A DNA stretch of 64,000 nucleotides from Candidatus Thermosaccharophagus tengchongensis (GTDB taxonomy: Bacteria > Armatimonadota > Fervidibacteria > Fervidibacterales > Thermosaccharophagaceae): NCBI GenBank assembly GCA_032161105.1, contig JAVHTD010000011.1. One strand, written 5' to 3'. The notes below the pieces were generated by a model, which was given only the letters and a program-made list of their open reading frames with translations, made no database searches and was not told the origin of the DNA. The translations under genes were made by a program, and so were the position numbers. Shown piece after piece: positions 39,801 through 49,300 of the stretch. Numbering within the stretch: the stretch's first letter is position 1; each line of letters begins with the position of its first letter.

Positions 39801-40543
39801 CCGTCAAAACTGCGCAGCAATATCCGTTGCGCCTCAAAAGGGAAAGGTGGTTGCCATCGCTCATGCACAAGTGGGATGGGTTTTTCTGGCAGGGGCAATT
39901 TATCTGTGCCGAACTTAACAAGTCTTTCCAGTTGCGGCGATGGAGGTTCGGTTTCTGAAAGGTTATCGGTTATGTAAATCGTGTCCAACCAAATGCTCGG
40001 CACTTGCGCTTCGTTCAAGTGGGCGACGCCAGCGCCGCCAAATTGAACTGCCCTCACTTGCACCACATCAGCGGGTTGTTTTATCGTGAACTCTTGCATC
40101 GGCAGCCATCGGAAATTGCGACCGACATTTCGCCAACGAAAGTCAACAGCAGCATCGCCAATTTGAACCAGCAAGATGTTATCCCGTTCAAGTTTCTCAG
40201 CCATTGTTGTCCCAATGACGCGAACGCTTATTCGGTAACGACCAGCAGGCAAAGGTTTTTCAAGGCGCTTTTGCATTGTCCGTTCCTTCGCTGTTGCGTG
40301 TATGGCAGCGACTTTCCCGTTGCCCCAAACTGTCCCATAGCCACGACAGTTGGCTTCACGGGCATACCAACCATCAACGAAAAACTTCGTGGCTGAGGGT
40401 GATGAAAGGCTGACAGCGTGAAAGGGCAAGTAAATCAAGCCATCAAAATCCTCGGCTTCAAGAACGAGCCTTAAAGTTTGGCTGAATGCGCAATTTGCTA
40501 TGATGGCAAGCAGCAAAAAGCATGTTGCTCTCATCGCCCTCAC
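36815..40543 (-). CDS. Large secreted multidomain carbohydrate-active protein (CBM-like + GH39-like barrel + C-terminal sugar-binding domain)
   Basis: Signal peptide, LEAEDF, NLFPNGSFE (CBM4/9-like), a barrel region with W.WFD and FWCVEDETE, and PKLDGDLSEW...GFDVCYID (CBM9-like). Confidence 0.7.
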   Translation of the reverse strand: MRAMRATCFLLLAIIANCAFSQTLRLVLEAEDFDGLIYLPFHAVSLSSPSATKFFVDGWYAREANCRGYGTVWGNGKVAAIHATAKERTMQKRLEKPLPAGRYRISVRVIGTTMAEKLERDNILLVQIGDAAVDFRWRNVGRNFRWLPMQEFTIKQPADVVQVRAVQFGGAGVAHLNEAQVPSIWLDTIYITDNLSETEPPSPQLERLVKFGTDKLPLPEKPIPLVHERWQPPFPFEAQRILLRSFDGRKNLFPNGSFELGMPNGWAATNVDYTYCYIFTDADLDNRNPAHGRFCLRVPAKAKPFSRPFWLEKGGKVTLSLFLRSEKPQTVPVILRSVPEYKPLLTMDCQVAEKWQRFSVSGDVPRGFVDVRIENSETLWVDAVQLEYDELSPFATRAEVEAGFSTGELGNVVLWGKDKRNLILWLHNDGEKTRQVSVRYRIVNLWEEVVTEGKTKPIAVKSKATLRLPFPLSGAQADAPKIGFGIFSLQWAIDGHKMPEGELVFVILPPMPKGKVRHELAANMDVLEHPYRLFSLMGFRWQLYCKFYPTFPDRANPKEGEWQWFDEQVAMAGKFGLLTLPCLWASQPRPFFADWTKVPGETMGVTRNTQRYFAKDRPVYPDIAKWREYVSTLVRHYRKWLKFWCVEDETELYFTPSDFVPIFRASYESVKSVDANLQVGTSMCPQYHEELLELLEGQVDFIGSSSWGASYWEARKIRWLQERWRKPWFCIGVGLDGQPTFYHTLPHARPALLEAAMAAQELVKLCIVQDAKVVGHYTGRIRNNGTHRTSDFPLIDYDGTPLPFGTVYASIGRLLANAVPAGEVKMGEVAAGDSGVIAFLFEQGGRVHAVTWSNAPSGLYGHNVTTPQTSQSPVRTVTFRNLPKGAVRFTDCFSNAWKFVESKGEFVNVKLMPMPLFIWNERLSRSELERILRNAYISPNLAYGGITVLPNRENPERLDLLVYGRWLGDEKQRPKTTTIELGTALGQLMTDNQWLLLKRRHPILLRHGDGFSVRFESVLNRKLLRHPLENAQLYVWLLQGEKVVGGIFDTLWIVLAPKLTPKLDGDLSEWRERSPAWLDYSFSWARFGRWLEQVEGGGEHLKEFLSDPEFADARVAFWCGWEEGNLYLAARIFDDQPMKGDTLKICVSHQPTVSPLPLATISLREGEWQSLLSCGVVRKQTDGWILEVQLRWLPFSWTLVPNDVIGFDVCYIDVDEEAGKPTTSVLRWAGGANSGCLWLSPP

Positions 40544-40558
40544 CTCAACTCAAATTCG

Positions 40559-40585
40559 TGCCCGTGAAAATCATTTTGACGGGCA
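40559..40585. repeat. Intergenic palindrome (REP-like or attenuator/operator)
   Basis: TGCCCGTGAAAAT-C-ATTTTGACGGGCA: 13-bp arms with one mismatch. Confidence 0.6.
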
Positions 40586-40617
40586 AAACTCGTCAGCGAA
40601 CTTCATGCATGTTTCGC

Positions 40618-42660
40618 CTATCCCTGCTGGAGCGTCACTTCAGCGATAGCATAAACTCGCAATGATGGGATGGTGAAGCGCACCCGATTGCCCGTTTGCT
40701 CAAATGGTAAGTCCGTTTGCTCGCCGCTGTCAACTTCGTAAAGGCGCAACCGCTGCGCCTTTTGCCCTTCTGGAATCCTCAGCCGCACCACAACTGAGGA
40801 GACAGGTGTGACGCTTTGAGCATCTCGGTTGAGACCGACGGGCACTCGGTAGTTGAGCAAGTGAAGGACGATGCGTTCATCACTTCCCCATGCTGCCGAT
40901 TGAACTTTTGCCCCTTCAGGCAAATTAATCGCACGCAACTCATCAGCCTTCTGAATTGCCAACTCACTCAACTTTGTCACCCGCAATGGTGGCAACGGTT
41001 GGCGACGCTGGTAGGCTTCGGCAATCGGCTTCCAATCAGATTGTTCCAGTGGGTCGGGGCTTTGCAAGAGGGGCAGTTTTGCCATCCACTCTGGCAACTT
41101 AACTTTGCCCGCAACGATGACCAAGGGATAACGGCGAAGCAAACCTTCAGGCACTGCCTCGCCATTGAGCACATCCACAAGCACACCACGCCACTGCAAT
41201 GCTTCAAAAACTTGCTGTGCTTCGAGCAAACTTTCCATCAACCCTTCCGTTGCGTCAGGGAAGACGACGATGGCGATATCACCCGAAGGGAGCAAACCCT
41301 CAAACAAATGGCAATGCTGATGAACAAAGGTGAAAAACTTTTGCCGCGCACAATGAGCAGGCAAATCGTTGTCGTTCAGAAAAGGTGAAAAGGCTGCACT
41401 TGAACCGACAACATGGACAGCGACGCCACCGCCAAAGGCTATCCCCTCTGCCAACGCCAGCAATGCCGAATGCTCGCTGTGGGCGAATTCTGGTTTGTAG
41501 CCTGCAAACGGTGCGCCGTAAAGGAAATGCGTCCCACGCTTGCCACGCATTGCATATGCCAATCGCAAAAGCCATGCGTTCGTTTGCGCCCAATCTTTGA
41601 CCCCATCGGGCAATTGTTCATAAAAGCCAGCCCATCGCCCCAACTTCTTGAGTTCACCCCAAATGATGCGGAAGATGCCAAGCCAGCAATGCTCAATCAT
41701 GCACAAGTCCACACTGTCAGTGATTCGCCTTTGGAATGGCACTTCAATGTAGTTGACCGCCAAATACCCCATGCCAAGCTCACGCAACTCGTCAAAGTAG
41801 CGCAAGTAACTTTCAAGCCAAACTCGCTGTGGCGCTCTTTGTGCGATGTCGTAGGCTTTCGGTGACAAATCCAATCCCAACGAACTTGCAACTGCTTGAC
41901 AATTTTGGCAATAGCAACGGTGTTCCAAAGCGTTATCCATCCAAACGCCGTCATAGCCGACTTTCAAAATCCAGCAAACGATAATGTGCTGCCACTCTCG
42001 CCAACCCTTCGCATTGATGCACATGCTGTAGCGCGTTAACGGCTTAAACTCTTCTCTTTGCCCGAAGCGAAAGACCAACTTGCCTTCAATATCTCGCTGC
42101 GTCCATTCCATCGGGTCTCCTTGTGGGCGTTCCCCCAAGCCAAACTCATCGGCATATTCATGCCAACGGTCAAAGAAGGCAAAAAAGCCAAGGCGCATTT
42201 CTGGCTCGCCGAACATTGTCATCGGCGACATGTATGGGATGACAACCTTGACGCCTGCTGCACGGACATCTTTGACGAACTGCTCAATTGCCTTGATGCG
42301 AAGCACAAGTTCCTCAGGTGAAAGGAGACGGCGTGGGTCTTCGTTGCGCCTTTGCGGAATTGGCGGAAAGACGACATTCTCCCCTCCGAAGGACAGAACA
42401 GGACCAATGCTATGAGTAAATGGCGCTTCCTTGCCGACGATGAGGACTTCAGGAGCGAACTGGCGCAATCGCTCAATGAAACGCTGATAGCGTTCATCGG
42501 CGGGGTAGAGTGGCTCGCCTGCACCATTGAGCAAATGCACGGCATCGTAACTGTAGTCCAAAACGACATCGGGTGGCAGGCGAGACGGAGTTTGCGTCCA
42601 AGCTCGTGCAACCACAAGCGCCAAACAGCAAGATACAAGCAACCTTCCCATTCGGCCCAC
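40618..42660 (-). CDS. Secreted putative glycoside hydrolase (TIM barrel + trimerisation-like domain), family unassigned
   Basis: Signal peptide, MCINAKGWREW...GYDGVWMDN, CYCQNC and C-terminal VLHLLNY...FTIPSL. Confidence 0.65.
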   Translation of the reverse strand: MGRMGRLLVSCCLALVVARAWTQTPSRLPPDVVLDYSYDAVHLLNGAGEPLYPADERYQRFIERLRQFAPEVLIVGKEAPFTHSIGPVLSFGGENVVFPPIPQRRNEDPRRLLSPEELVLRIKAIEQFVKDVRAAGVKVVIPYMSPMTMFGEPEMRLGFFAFFDRWHEYADEFGLGERPQGDPMEWTQRDIEGKLVFRFGQREEFKPLTRYSMCINAKGWREWQHIIVCWILKVGYDGVWMDNALEHRCYCQNCQAVASSLGLDLSPKAYDIAQRAPQRVWLESYLRYFDELRELGMGYLAVNYIEVPFQRRITDSVDLCMIEHCWLGIFRIIWGELKKLGRWAGFYEQLPDGVKDWAQTNAWLLRLAYAMRGKRGTHFLYGAPFAGYKPEFAHSEHSALLALAEGIAFGGGVAVHVVGSSAAFSPFLNDNDLPAHCARQKFFTFVHQHCHLFEGLLPSGDIAIVVFPDATEGLMESLLEAQQVFEALQWRGVLVDVLNGEAVPEGLLRRYPLVIVAGKVKLPEWMAKLPLLQSPDPLEQSDWKPIAEAYQRRQPLPPLRVTKLSELAIQKADELRAINLPEGAKVQSAAWGSDERIVLHLLNYRVPVGLNRDAQSVTPVSSVVVRLRIPEGQKAQRLRLYEVDSGEQTDLPFEQTGNRVRFTIPSLRVYAIAEVTLQQG

Positions 42661-42684
42661 CGCATTTCACCAAAAAGATCGGCT

Positions 42685-43689
42685 CTATTCGGAAAATTTG
42701 CGCGAAATTCTCCCGGACAAAACAGCCGCATATCGCTCCATCGGTATGTTTCCGCCACTCACAATCCCGACGACTTTCTTACCGCGCAAGCGTTCTTTCA
42801 ACTTAATGGCTGCTGCCAATGATGCAGCGCCAGCTCCCTCGGCAACCACTTTGGCATGTTGGGAAAGCAAACAGATGGCATCGTTGATTTCCTCGTCGCT
42901 CAGGAGGATAAAATCGTCCAACACATCCCAAAGGATGCTCGTCGTCAACTCAAATGGGACTCGCGTTGCCAATCCTTCATGTTCCGTTTCCATTTTGGGG
43001 TATGGCTTTAGGTGGCGTTCCTTCCACGCATGCCAGACTGCTGGTGCACGCTCCGATTGACACCCAATTATTTGCACCTTTGGGTTAATGTGTTTGGCAA
43101 CGATGCCATTGCCACACGCGCTGCTCCCTCCGCCGATGGGCACGATGATGACATCCACATCGGGCAGGTCTTCAAAAATTTCCAACCCCATTGTCCCAAC
43201 GCCCGCGATTAATTTCGGCTCGTTAGCTGGGTGAACATACCGAAAACCTTCCTGTTGGGCAATCTGCTCAGCTTTTTCCCTCGCCTCGTCAAAATCCTTC
43301 CCGTGCAAACGGACCTCGGCACCCAAATTGCGCATCGCTTGCAGCTTCATCGGGTTGACATCTTTTTGCGGCGCATAAATGACGACACGCACGCCAAAAA
43401 GCCTCCCAGCAAATGCCAATGATTGACCGTGATTGCCAGTGCTGGCACTAATGACACCGACACGCTTTTCGTCGTCGCTGAGCGTCCCGACGAGGTAAAC
43501 TCCGCCACGCACCTTGAATGCACCAACAGGTTGGAAGTTCTCGCACTTGATGTAGTAATTGCAACCCAGCATCTGTGACAACGACCACACATACACCAGC
43601 GGGGTTTTTGGCAGGTAGTTTTGGATGAAGTTTCGTGCTTCTACAACATCGTGATAAGTTGGTCGCTGAAGTGGCATCTTCACCACCAC
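42685..43689 (-). CDS. PLP-dependent threonine/serine dehydratase family protein (no regulatory domain)
   Basis: KCENFQPVGAFKVRG, STGNHG, PIGGGS, EGAGAA and SGGN. Confidence 0.9.
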   Translation of the reverse strand: MVVKMPLQRPTYHDVVEARNFIQNYLPKTPLVYVWSLSQMLGCNYYIKCENFQPVGAFKVRGGVYLVGTLSDDEKRVGVISASTGNHGQSLAFAGRLFGVRVVIYAPQKDVNPMKLQAMRNLGAEVRLHGKDFDEAREKAEQIAQQEGFRYVHPANEPKLIAGVGTMGLEIFEDLPDVDVIIVPIGGGSSACGNGIVAKHINPKVQIIGCQSERAPAVWHAWKERHLKPYPKMETEHEGLATRVPFELTTSILWDVLDDFILLSDEEINDAICLLSQHAKVVAEGAGAASLAAAIKLKERLRGKKVVGIVSGGNIPMERYAAVLSGRISRKFSE

Positions 43690-43787
43690 CGCATAACAAC
43701 GCCCTTTCCGCGCGCTGGCTTAGCTGGATAGCGATGCGACATGCTTTTGCGGTGTTCAAACGCAGAGTCTGCAAGCCTTTCACATGC

Positions 43788-46700
43788 TTATCGCACCTCC
43801 AACTTCACCTCGTCCGAACGCAATGAGCACAGCTCTTGAGCACGAATGAGCCAATTGCCCAAGGCGTCGTTTTGCGCCAAGTCAATGGTCAGGCTCATGA
43901 CGCCATCCTTTGCGCCGTAGAAGCCGCTAAACTCAGCAGGTTGTCCGTTGGCATCTACGATGTCCACGCGAAGCGGAACAATAGCCTCTACGGGGCGACC
44001 TTTGTCATCCATCACCATCACCTTGACAGCCACGCTTTCGCCACGCTTTGCACGCCTTGGGGCTTGAAGGCGAACGGCGGCGATTGGGTGGTCGGTGAGC
44101 AAGAAGACCCTACCATCGCCAGGACCCAATTCCACATCAAAGGCTAAGCCGTTTGCCTCCTTGCGAACTGGTATGGCGCAATGCCTCACCATGTCGTAAA
44201 CAGCACATGGTGGACGCCTCACAAACACCGTTGCCTTCAGCGGTAAACCTTTCTCCATCACCCTGCCATGATGCCCCACATAGTCTCCGAAGGTGCGCCT
44301 GTCATTGATGACGAAAAGATAGTCGGCATTGCGATAGGAGCGCACTCGCACAATTGCATCCATCTCGGAAGAGTCGGCATAGCGCTGATAGCGCGCATCC
44401 AATTGCTTTCGCAACTCGGCAGCTATGGCTTGCAACGCTGCCTTATCCTCGTCTGCCTTGCCAGTCCGCTGGTAGCTGCGGATGAGGATGTCAGGCTTTA
44501 GGGCTGGAGTTAGATGCTCATCGGCGATGATGAGACCGCCTTGGCGTTGAAATTCAGCCACACGGCTCACTATGCTCTCGGGCAAGACATCGCAGAATGG
44601 CATGACGAGCACACGAAAGCCATTCAGACCATCGCGCAGGATGGTCTCCTCATAAACGATTTTCGGTTGAAGATGTGCCCATTGGAGGATGAGGTGCATA
44701 TCCGCCTCCCAACGATGGCTCCAACCATAAGTGCCGCGCCCGGCAAACATTTGTGAGGTGAAGCTTTCCAAGATGGCTATATCGCTTTTTCGGTCTGGGA
44801 CTTGCAATAGCGTCGGACCGAGCGGGCGAACGACATCACGGATGAGTTCCGCCAGCACTTCCTTCGTTTTCGGGTTCGTGTAGCGATAACTCCCACCGGG
44901 CACCTCAACCAATGAGCCCCAACCGTGATACATGATGCCTTGCACCGGGCGAGAAATTTTCGTCCAGAAGGCTTCACGCAAATGGTCAGGGGCGATGGTG
45001 ATGAAACGGGCATCGGGGATGGCTTTCTCCCAATGGGCGCGCTTTGACTCATCCTCGGGCAACTCAGGCGCCGTCTGTGAGCGATACCAGATGATCTGCG
45101 TCATCTTCATCACCCGTTGACCATGTCTGCCCTCAGCCATGGCGAAGAGCTCATCGGTAGCCTGACCGATTTTGATTGGGTCGGGGTAGGAGTAAGTCCA
45201 CTGCGAGATGACATCCACCACTCCGCCGCTTCCCCAAATGCTCGGCACGCGCACGGCAGGGTCAAAGAATGTCCAGATGTCCTTTCGCCCTGTGGACTTC
45301 AAGCCACGATGGACTTCGGAGTGAAGCGCATTCCAACCATCGCCATCCTTCCAGAACCAGCGATAAAAGGTGAGGATGGGATGGTCATCTGGGACCACTC
45401 GTTGAGGTGATATGCCCGCCACATTCTCGTAGCGCACGCCCCATTTGCTCGTCACCGCATCCGGGACTTCATAGCCGGCGAAGTTGCGAAAGGCTTGTCG
45501 GTCGTGCTCGTGAAAGCAAAGATTCGTATTGTCGCGCACCTCGCTGTGGATGAGCGCAGCCTGCAAAGCGGGATGATGCCCGAATGTCCGTGCCACAGAA
45601 GCGCCCACATTGAAGGCGAATGCTCGCATCTCGGGGAAGTTGGGACAGATGTCCTCACGCTCGTATGGCTTTCCATCACGGTTGATGCGCTGATACTTTG
45701 CCCTCAACTCGGGCACTTGAAGCACCCAGCGCCCGGGGTAAAGGTAAACCACAGCACCGATGCCCTCAACCAAGTATTCATCCAACATGCGCATTCTCTC
45801 CCTCACTTCATTGGGCGCTAAAGCCTCCGTCGGCTGCCCGGCATCCCAAATGCGTCGGTAATCCACCAGGTGGACGAGTTGATGGGTGAAGCCAATCTCC
45901 TTGATGCGCGGCAGGTCACCAGTTCCCCACATCACCACCGGCATTATGTTCGGAAGAGGGCGAGGGACAATCGCGATGGGAAACTCCTTCTTCGAACGAC
46001 GGGTTCGCCCACCGCTCTTTACCTCTGCCACAATGCGCAATGGGTAACGGTCGGGACGAAGGGTTGTGTCCACGGACACCGAGAGGATATGAGCTTTGTT
46101 TGGCGGTAGGTTGGGCAAGGCGAATTGTCTTTCACGCCCTTGGAGATGCACACGGACAAAGCCCTTATCAAGCGTCGCCTCAGAGTCGTTAATGATGGCG
46201 ATGTCCACATGGGCATCCTTTTCCATGCGCACAAATGCCGTCCGACTGTGTGGTGCAATGTCCACCAAAACCGTTCCCGCAAAGTAAGGGACGATGCCAC
46301 GGCAAATGCGCACTTGGGCAATGTATCCGGGGAAGCCCGCATGGATGCTGCCATAGCGGTCGCCGATGACGAGGTCGTATTGCCCGGGCATAATTGAGCC
46401 ACGCCCATCATGGACGATGCGCCCGACAAGTTCGCCATTGAGGAAGATGCGCCCGATGCCATTGCCATTGTAGGTGAAGGCAATGTGCACCCATTTGCCC
46501 GGCTCAAGCGTGACCTCATCGGAGGCATATTCTGCCGAGTCCTTCCCATAGCCAAGGTAAGCGACGATGCGATAGCGATGCTCGCCGGTGCGGCGCAAGT
46601 AGAGGCAATAGTCACGATTGGCTTGTGGGAGGTCGCTTGGATAGGGGTAATATTTCTTGTCCAACAGGAAGGCGTTCGTTGAGCGGTTGAGCTCCGGCTT

Positions 46701-47063
46701 GGGCTTGATCCACAATTCCAATGTGAATGCGCCAGTTGGCGAAAGGTCGGGGTGGTTCTTCACCACTGCTCCCTGTGGGCGGTCATTCTCACGGTCAGCC
46801 GGGAAGGTCTCCAAGCAGGAGCCAAAAAGCCCATCAGGCACTACGCGAGATTGCCCGCGCAATGTGATGTCATGACCATTACCCGAGTTGTCCTTCGTCT
46901 CATGTCCCGGGAGGAATTGCCACAGGGCAATGACATGCTTTCCCGTCGCATCATCGCCGGTATAAAGCCTTTGCCATGGCATCTCTTCGCCAGACAACGG
47001 TGATGAAAGCAATGCCACCGATGCCACCAAAGCCGCCATCCACATCTTGCCACAAAACCTCAC
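43788..47063 (-). CDS. Secreted LamG-like domain + putative glycoside hydrolase with GH42-type trimerisation domain
   Basis: DNSGNGHD, FTLELWIKP, WVHIAFTY and FLNG (LamG); then LIHSEVRD, MYHGW and VLVMPFCDVL. Confidence 0.7.
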   Translation of the reverse strand: MRFCGKMWMAALVASVALLSSPLSGEEMPWQRLYTGDDATGKHVIALWQFLPGHETKDNSGNGHDITLRGQSRVVPDGLFGSCLETFPADRENDRPQGAVVKNHPDLSPTGAFTLELWIKPKPELNRSTNAFLLDKKYYPYPSDLPQANRDYCLYLRRTGEHRYRIVAYLGYGKDSAEYASDEVTLEPGKWVHIAFTYNGNGIGRIFLNGELVGRIVHDGRGSIMPGQYDLVIGDRYGSIHAGFPGYIAQVRICRGIVPYFAGTVLVDIAPHSRTAFVRMEKDAHVDIAIINDSEATLDKGFVRVHLQGRERQFALPNLPPNKAHILSVSVDTTLRPDRYPLRIVAEVKSGGRTRRSKKEFPIAIVPRPLPNIMPVVMWGTGDLPRIKEIGFTHQLVHLVDYRRIWDAGQPTEALAPNEVRERMRMLDEYLVEGIGAVVYLYPGRWVLQVPELRAKYQRINRDGKPYEREDICPNFPEMRAFAFNVGASVARTFGHHPALQAALIHSEVRDNTNLCFHEHDRQAFRNFAGYEVPDAVTSKWGVRYENVAGISPQRVVPDDHPILTFYRWFWKDGDGWNALHSEVHRGLKSTGRKDIWTFFDPAVRVPSIWGSGGVVDVISQWTYSYPDPIKIGQATDELFAMAEGRHGQRVMKMTQIIWYRSQTAPELPEDESKRAHWEKAIPDARFITIAPDHLREAFWTKISRPVQGIMYHGWGSLVEVPGGSYRYTNPKTKEVLAELIRDVVRPLGPTLLQVPDRKSDIAILESFTSQMFAGRGTYGWSHRWEADMHLILQWAHLQPKIVYEETILRDGLNGFRVLVMPFCDVLPESIVSRVAEFQRQGGLIIADEHLTPALKPDILIRSYQRTGKADEDKAALQAIAAELRKQLDARYQRYADSSEMDAIVRVRSYRNADYLFVINDRRTFGDYVGHHGRVMEKGLPLKATVFVRRPPCAVYDMVRHCAIPVRKEANGLAFDVELGPGDGRVFLLTDHPIAAVRLQAPRRAKRGESVAVKVMVMDDKGRPVEAIVPLRVDIVDANGQPAEFSGFYGAKDGVMSLTIDLAQNDALGNWLIRAQELCSLRSDEVKLEVR

Positions 47064-47091
47064 ACCACATCACCCCCTTGAGGGCGGTTCA

Positions 47092-48000
47092 TCAAGCCTC
47101 ATACGGTATTGCGAGGCGTTCAAGCAAGGCGATAAGTTTCTCCCTTGATGCCCTCACCGCCTCATCCAAGTTCGGTATCCTTCCTATGTCCAATGCGACC
47201 ATGCCTTTAAAAGAGTGCTTCTTTAAGGCGACGAACACGCCCTCAAAGTCAATCGTGCCCTTGCCCAGCTCAAGATGCTCATTTGTCTTCCCGTCGTTGT
47301 CCGAGAGGTGGACATAGAAAATTCTCCTGCCGAGCTTTTCAACCGACAGCGGCAGTATTTCCTTTTGAGCGTGCAAGTGACCCGTGTCAAGCACGAAGCC
47401 GAGGTTATCATGCCCAACATGGTCAAACAAACGCAGCGCTGCATCCGTGTTGCTGATCATTTCGCCAACCCTCGGCTCAAGGCAAAACTTGAGATTGGCA
47501 TCCTGCGCCGTTTGCGCAAGCCTGCGAAATGTATCAACGAGCACATCCCATTGCCTCTCCCACGAGAACTTAGGGTCAACCTTGACTTTGAACTGTATCC
47601 CAAAATCAACCATCTGCTTGTATGGTGCTGGACCTTCAAACTCAATCGGTGGCGTGAATGAGTCGGTCTGGATCGTGCTGCACCCGAAATAGTTGGCGAG
47701 CTCACACGCCATCTCAAACAGCGATATTGCGTGCATTCGCCTTTGCTCATCCAAGCTCACAACATCGCTCAGCACCGGGCAGAAGTTCTCAACTGACAGC
47801 TCCAAATCATCGCACAGCGCCTTGAGCTCATGCCTGCGGTTGTAAATTTCGCGCAAGTTATCCTCGCCAACCCCCTCAAGCTCAACATATTTGAAGCCCA
47901 ATGCCTTCATATCCCGCAATGCCTGCATTGTGTCATTGAATGATGGCGGATAGCCATATTTGCTGATCGCATATAGCCAACAGCATCCCACCTTCACCAT
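47092..48000 (-). CDS. Sugar phosphate isomerase/epimerase (xylose-isomerase-like TIM barrel)
   Basis: GFKYVEL, CLEP, LDTGH, VHLSDNDG and HLELGKGTIDF. Confidence 0.9.
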   Translation of the reverse strand: MVKVGCCWLYAISKYGYPPSFNDTMQALRDMKALGFKYVELEGVGEDNLREIYNRRHELKALCDDLELSVENFCPVLSDVVSLDEQRRMHAISLFEMACELANYFGCSTIQTDSFTPPIEFEGPAPYKQMVDFGIQFKVKVDPKFSWERQWDVLVDTFRRLAQTAQDANLKFCLEPRVGEMISNTDAALRLFDHVGHDNLGFVLDTGHLHAQKEILPLSVEKLGRRIFYVHLSDNDGKTNEHLELGKGTIDFEGVFVALKKHSFKGMVALDIGRIPNLDEAVRASREKLIALLERLAIPYEA

Positions 48001-48067
48001 TCCCTTTCACCTCCAATGGAACCCAATTGCACTAATGGCAGCGCCACTATCATGTTGGCGCATTGTG

Positions 48068-48097
48068 TTGTCGCTCAGACAATGTGTGCAATATAAT
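48068..48097 (+). promoter_or_regulatory. Putative sigma70 promoter for the DUF4380-DUF1080 genes
   Basis: TTGTCG-N18-TATAAT in the divergent intergenic region. Confidence 0.45.
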
Positions 48098-48165
48098 CTT
48101 CCATGCATGCTGCATTGTAAGTTAGCGATGCAAAGCTCACCTCAGGAGGAGTGGAGGTGGTCAGC

Positions 48166-49206
48166 ATGAGGGCGAAGTTGAGTTTTGGCATCGTGATGAT
48201 GGTTTTCACTTCTTTCATGACGCTGCCGAATGCGCTGGCACAGGTCAAAGTGACGAAGGTTAACTACCACGGTTGGAAAAACACATATAAGCTCACAAAC
48301 GGCGCCATTGAAGTCTATGTCACAACCGATGTTGGTCCGAGAATAATAGACATGCGCCCGGTTGGCGGAAACAACATCTTTTATGTGCGCAAGGACGAGG
48401 TCGGAAGGAGTGGGGAAAAGGAATTCAAGCTCCGTGGCGGATGGCGCTTGTGGCTTGCGCCAGAGGTGTTTGAGATAACATGGTTCCCCGACAATGTGCC
48501 ATGCAAGGTTGAGCAATTGAAGGATGGCACAATGCGCTTCATAGGTCCGAGTGAGCCAAAGAGCGGCATCCAAAAGGTCATTGATGTATCGCTTGACGGT
48601 AAGCTACCGCGTGTCAGGGTCGTTGCGAGGTTGCGCAATGTCTCAAGGAAGCCAGTCACATACTCAGCATGGAGCATGCCCGTGATGCGTCCCGGCGGTA
48701 AAGCAATCGCTCCACTTGATGTGGGTAACTTGGATGCATTCGCTGAGGTGCGCCGAATCATACTTTGGAGCTATGCCAACCCAACGGATCAGCGCTTCAC
48801 ATTCTTAAACAAGCTCGTCATCGTTGACCACGCCAAGGTGCCGAAGCGCGAGAAACTCATCGGTAAAGTGCGCCGACACAATGACGAGGCGAAGATAGGC
48901 GTGGATACAAAACAGGGTTGGGTGGCGTATTACCATCCGGTGGAGCGAACCCTTTTCATCAAGCGCTTCCCATACAACCCAAAGGGCACATATCCAGATG
49001 GTGGGTGCACCATTGAGATTTACTCATGCTATGAGTTCATTGAGGTTGAATGCCTAAGCGAACTTGCCACAATCCCTCCCGGAGGCGAATTTACCTTCCC
49101 AGTTGACATGTGGGTCTTCACGAATGTGCCAGACTTGGGCAAGACGGAGCACGAGATTGCCACGACTATAAGGGCATATCTGAACAGGACGCAACAGCCA
49201 AAGTGA
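48166..49206 (+). CDS. DUF4380-like exported protein (galactose mutarotase-like fold)
   Basis: YHGW...LTNG..V...DVGPRII, GGWRLWLAPE, PDN, YPDGGC..EIY and EVE.LS. SD GGAGGTGG. Confidence 0.7.
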   Translation: MRAKLSFGIVMMVFTSFMTLPNALAQVKVTKVNYHGWKNTYKLTNGAIEVYVTTDVGPRIIDMRPVGGNNIFYVRKDEVGRSGEKEFKLRGGWRLWLAPEVFEITWFPDNVPCKVEQLKDGTMRFIGPSEPKSGIQKVIDVSLDGKLPRVRVVARLRNVSRKPVTYSAWSMPVMRPGGKAIAPLDVGNLDAFAEVRRIILWSYANPTDQRFTFLNKLVIVDHAKVPKREKLIGKVRRHNDEAKIGVDTKQGWVAYYHPVERTLFIKRFPYNPKGTYPDGGCTIEIYSCYEFIEVECLSELATIPPGGEFTFPVDMWVFTNVPDLGKTEHEIATTIRAYLNRTQQPK

Positions 49207-49300
49207 TGGGCAAACTGAGCTTTCAGGTGCAGCGCACCAAGCCTGCGATTTGGTGCAACAAAAATGCCAACCCGATAGAACTGATGGAGGTGAGGTTGGG

